From Deltaproteobacteria bacterium (GTDB lineage: Bacteria > Myxococcota > Myxococcia > Myxococcales > 40CM-4-68-19), in NCBI GenBank assembly GCA_005879315.1, contig VBLC01000046.1, forward strand, positions 65,424 through 129,423: a DNA stretch of 64,000 bases. Direction: 5' to 3'. The position numbers and the translations under genes are program-made. A model generated the notes under the pieces. That model worked only from the letters and a program-made list of their open reading frames with translations. It did not search any database and was not told where the DNA came from. Below, one piece after another: positions 63,530 to 64,000 of the stretch; position 1 is the stretch's first letter, and each line of letters begins with the position of its first letter.

Positions 63530-64000
63530 GGCGTCAGCCGCTCCATCATCCGCGGGAAGGGGATGGTCTCGCGCACGTGATGCAGTCCGCAGATCCAGGA
63601 GACGGTCCGCTCCACTCCCAGACCGAATCCGGAATGCGGCACGCTGCCGAACTTGCGCAGGTCGAGATACCAGGAGAAGGCCTCCGCCGGGAGCTTGTGC
63701 TGCTCGATGGCGGCCTTGAGGGTCGCATAGTCGTCCTCGCGCTGGCCGCCGCCGATGATCTCGCCGTATCCCTCGGGCGCGAGCACGTCCACGCCGAGCG
63801 CGACCTTGGGATCCTTCGGGTCCTTCTTGAAGTAGAAGGCCTTCATCTCCGCCGGGTAGCGGTGCACCATCACCGGCCGATCGAACTGCTTGCAGAGGAT
63901 GGTCTCCTCGTCGCCGCCGAGGTCGTCGCCCCAGCGGACGGCATGTCCGGTCTTTTGAATAGATTCGATGGCCTCCGTATAGGTGATGCGCGGGAATGGC
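63526..64000 (-). CDS. asnS: asparaginyl-tRNA synthetase, C-terminal part (partial, runs off window end)
   Basis: YPAEMKAFY ... [18 protein letters not shown] ... [16 protein letters not shown] ... IPFPR (class IIb motifs 2 and 3). Confidence 0.9.
   Translation of the reverse strand, partial: PFPRITYTEAIESIQKTGHAVRWGDDLGGDEETILCKQFDRPVMVHRYPAEMKAFYFKKDPKDPKVALGVDVLAPEGYGEIIGGGQREDDYATLKAAIEQHKLPAEAFSWYLDLRKFGSVPHSGFGLGVERTVSWICGLHHVRETIPFPRMMERLTP

Overview
This is a strongly GC-rich, GC3-skewed bacterial chromosomal segment. The gene content suggests a Myxococcota-type (delta-proteobacterial style) genome, but that is an inference. The supporting features are a sigma-54 enhancer-binding protein, Cys-rich lipoproteins, an Rsm22-like methyltransferase, TPR/PQQ/GT-C envelope proteins, and very frequent ATGA/GTGA/TTGA start-stop overlaps.

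I call about 70 CDSs, almost all core housekeeping:
- rsmD-coaD-aspC.
- A central-carbon supercluster: pyk, icd, mdh, sdhAB and sucCD.
- rpsP-rimM-trmD-rplS-yraN-rsmI.
- An envelope/signalling block: outer-membrane barrel protein, NtrC-type regulator, metzincin lipoprotein, HEAT protein, HAD phosphatase and sensor kinase.
- A frameshifted Slt-type lytic transglycosylase, then a PQQ-propeller lipoprotein and a GT87-like membrane protein.
- An RNA-modification chain: selA, HNH, rluD, rsm22-like, miaA, then accA.
- cmk-rpsA.
- yceD-rpmF-plsX-fabH-fabD-(x)-acpP-fabF.
- glyA-nrdR-ribD-ribE-ribBA-ribH-nusB, and a partial asnS.

I saw no rRNA, tRNA, CRISPR array, transposase, integrase or phage genes. 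Most long ORFs in the six-frame track are Arg/Ala/Pro/Gly-rich shadow frames of real genes.

I found no clear self-contained novel system such as a defence island. The most unusual items are:
1. An uncharacterised 146-aa ORF translationally coupled between sucC and sucD. It sits in a six-gene overlap chain that continues into an ABC-2 transporter and a 28-aa micro-ORF.
2. A Cys-repeat lipoprotein occupying the fabG slot of the fatty-acid synthesis cluster.
3. A nest of GTGCTC/GAGCAC palindromes in the rpmF-plsX spacer.
4. A mirror-symmetric pair of fully overlapping divergent promoters and leaders at a CGNR regulator gene.
5. A YhaN/Rad50-like membrane protein with a degenerate Walker A where rnhB usually sits.
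6. A +1 frame break in the slt gene.

All start codons were chosen by eye and may be off by a few codons. No searches or computations were run.
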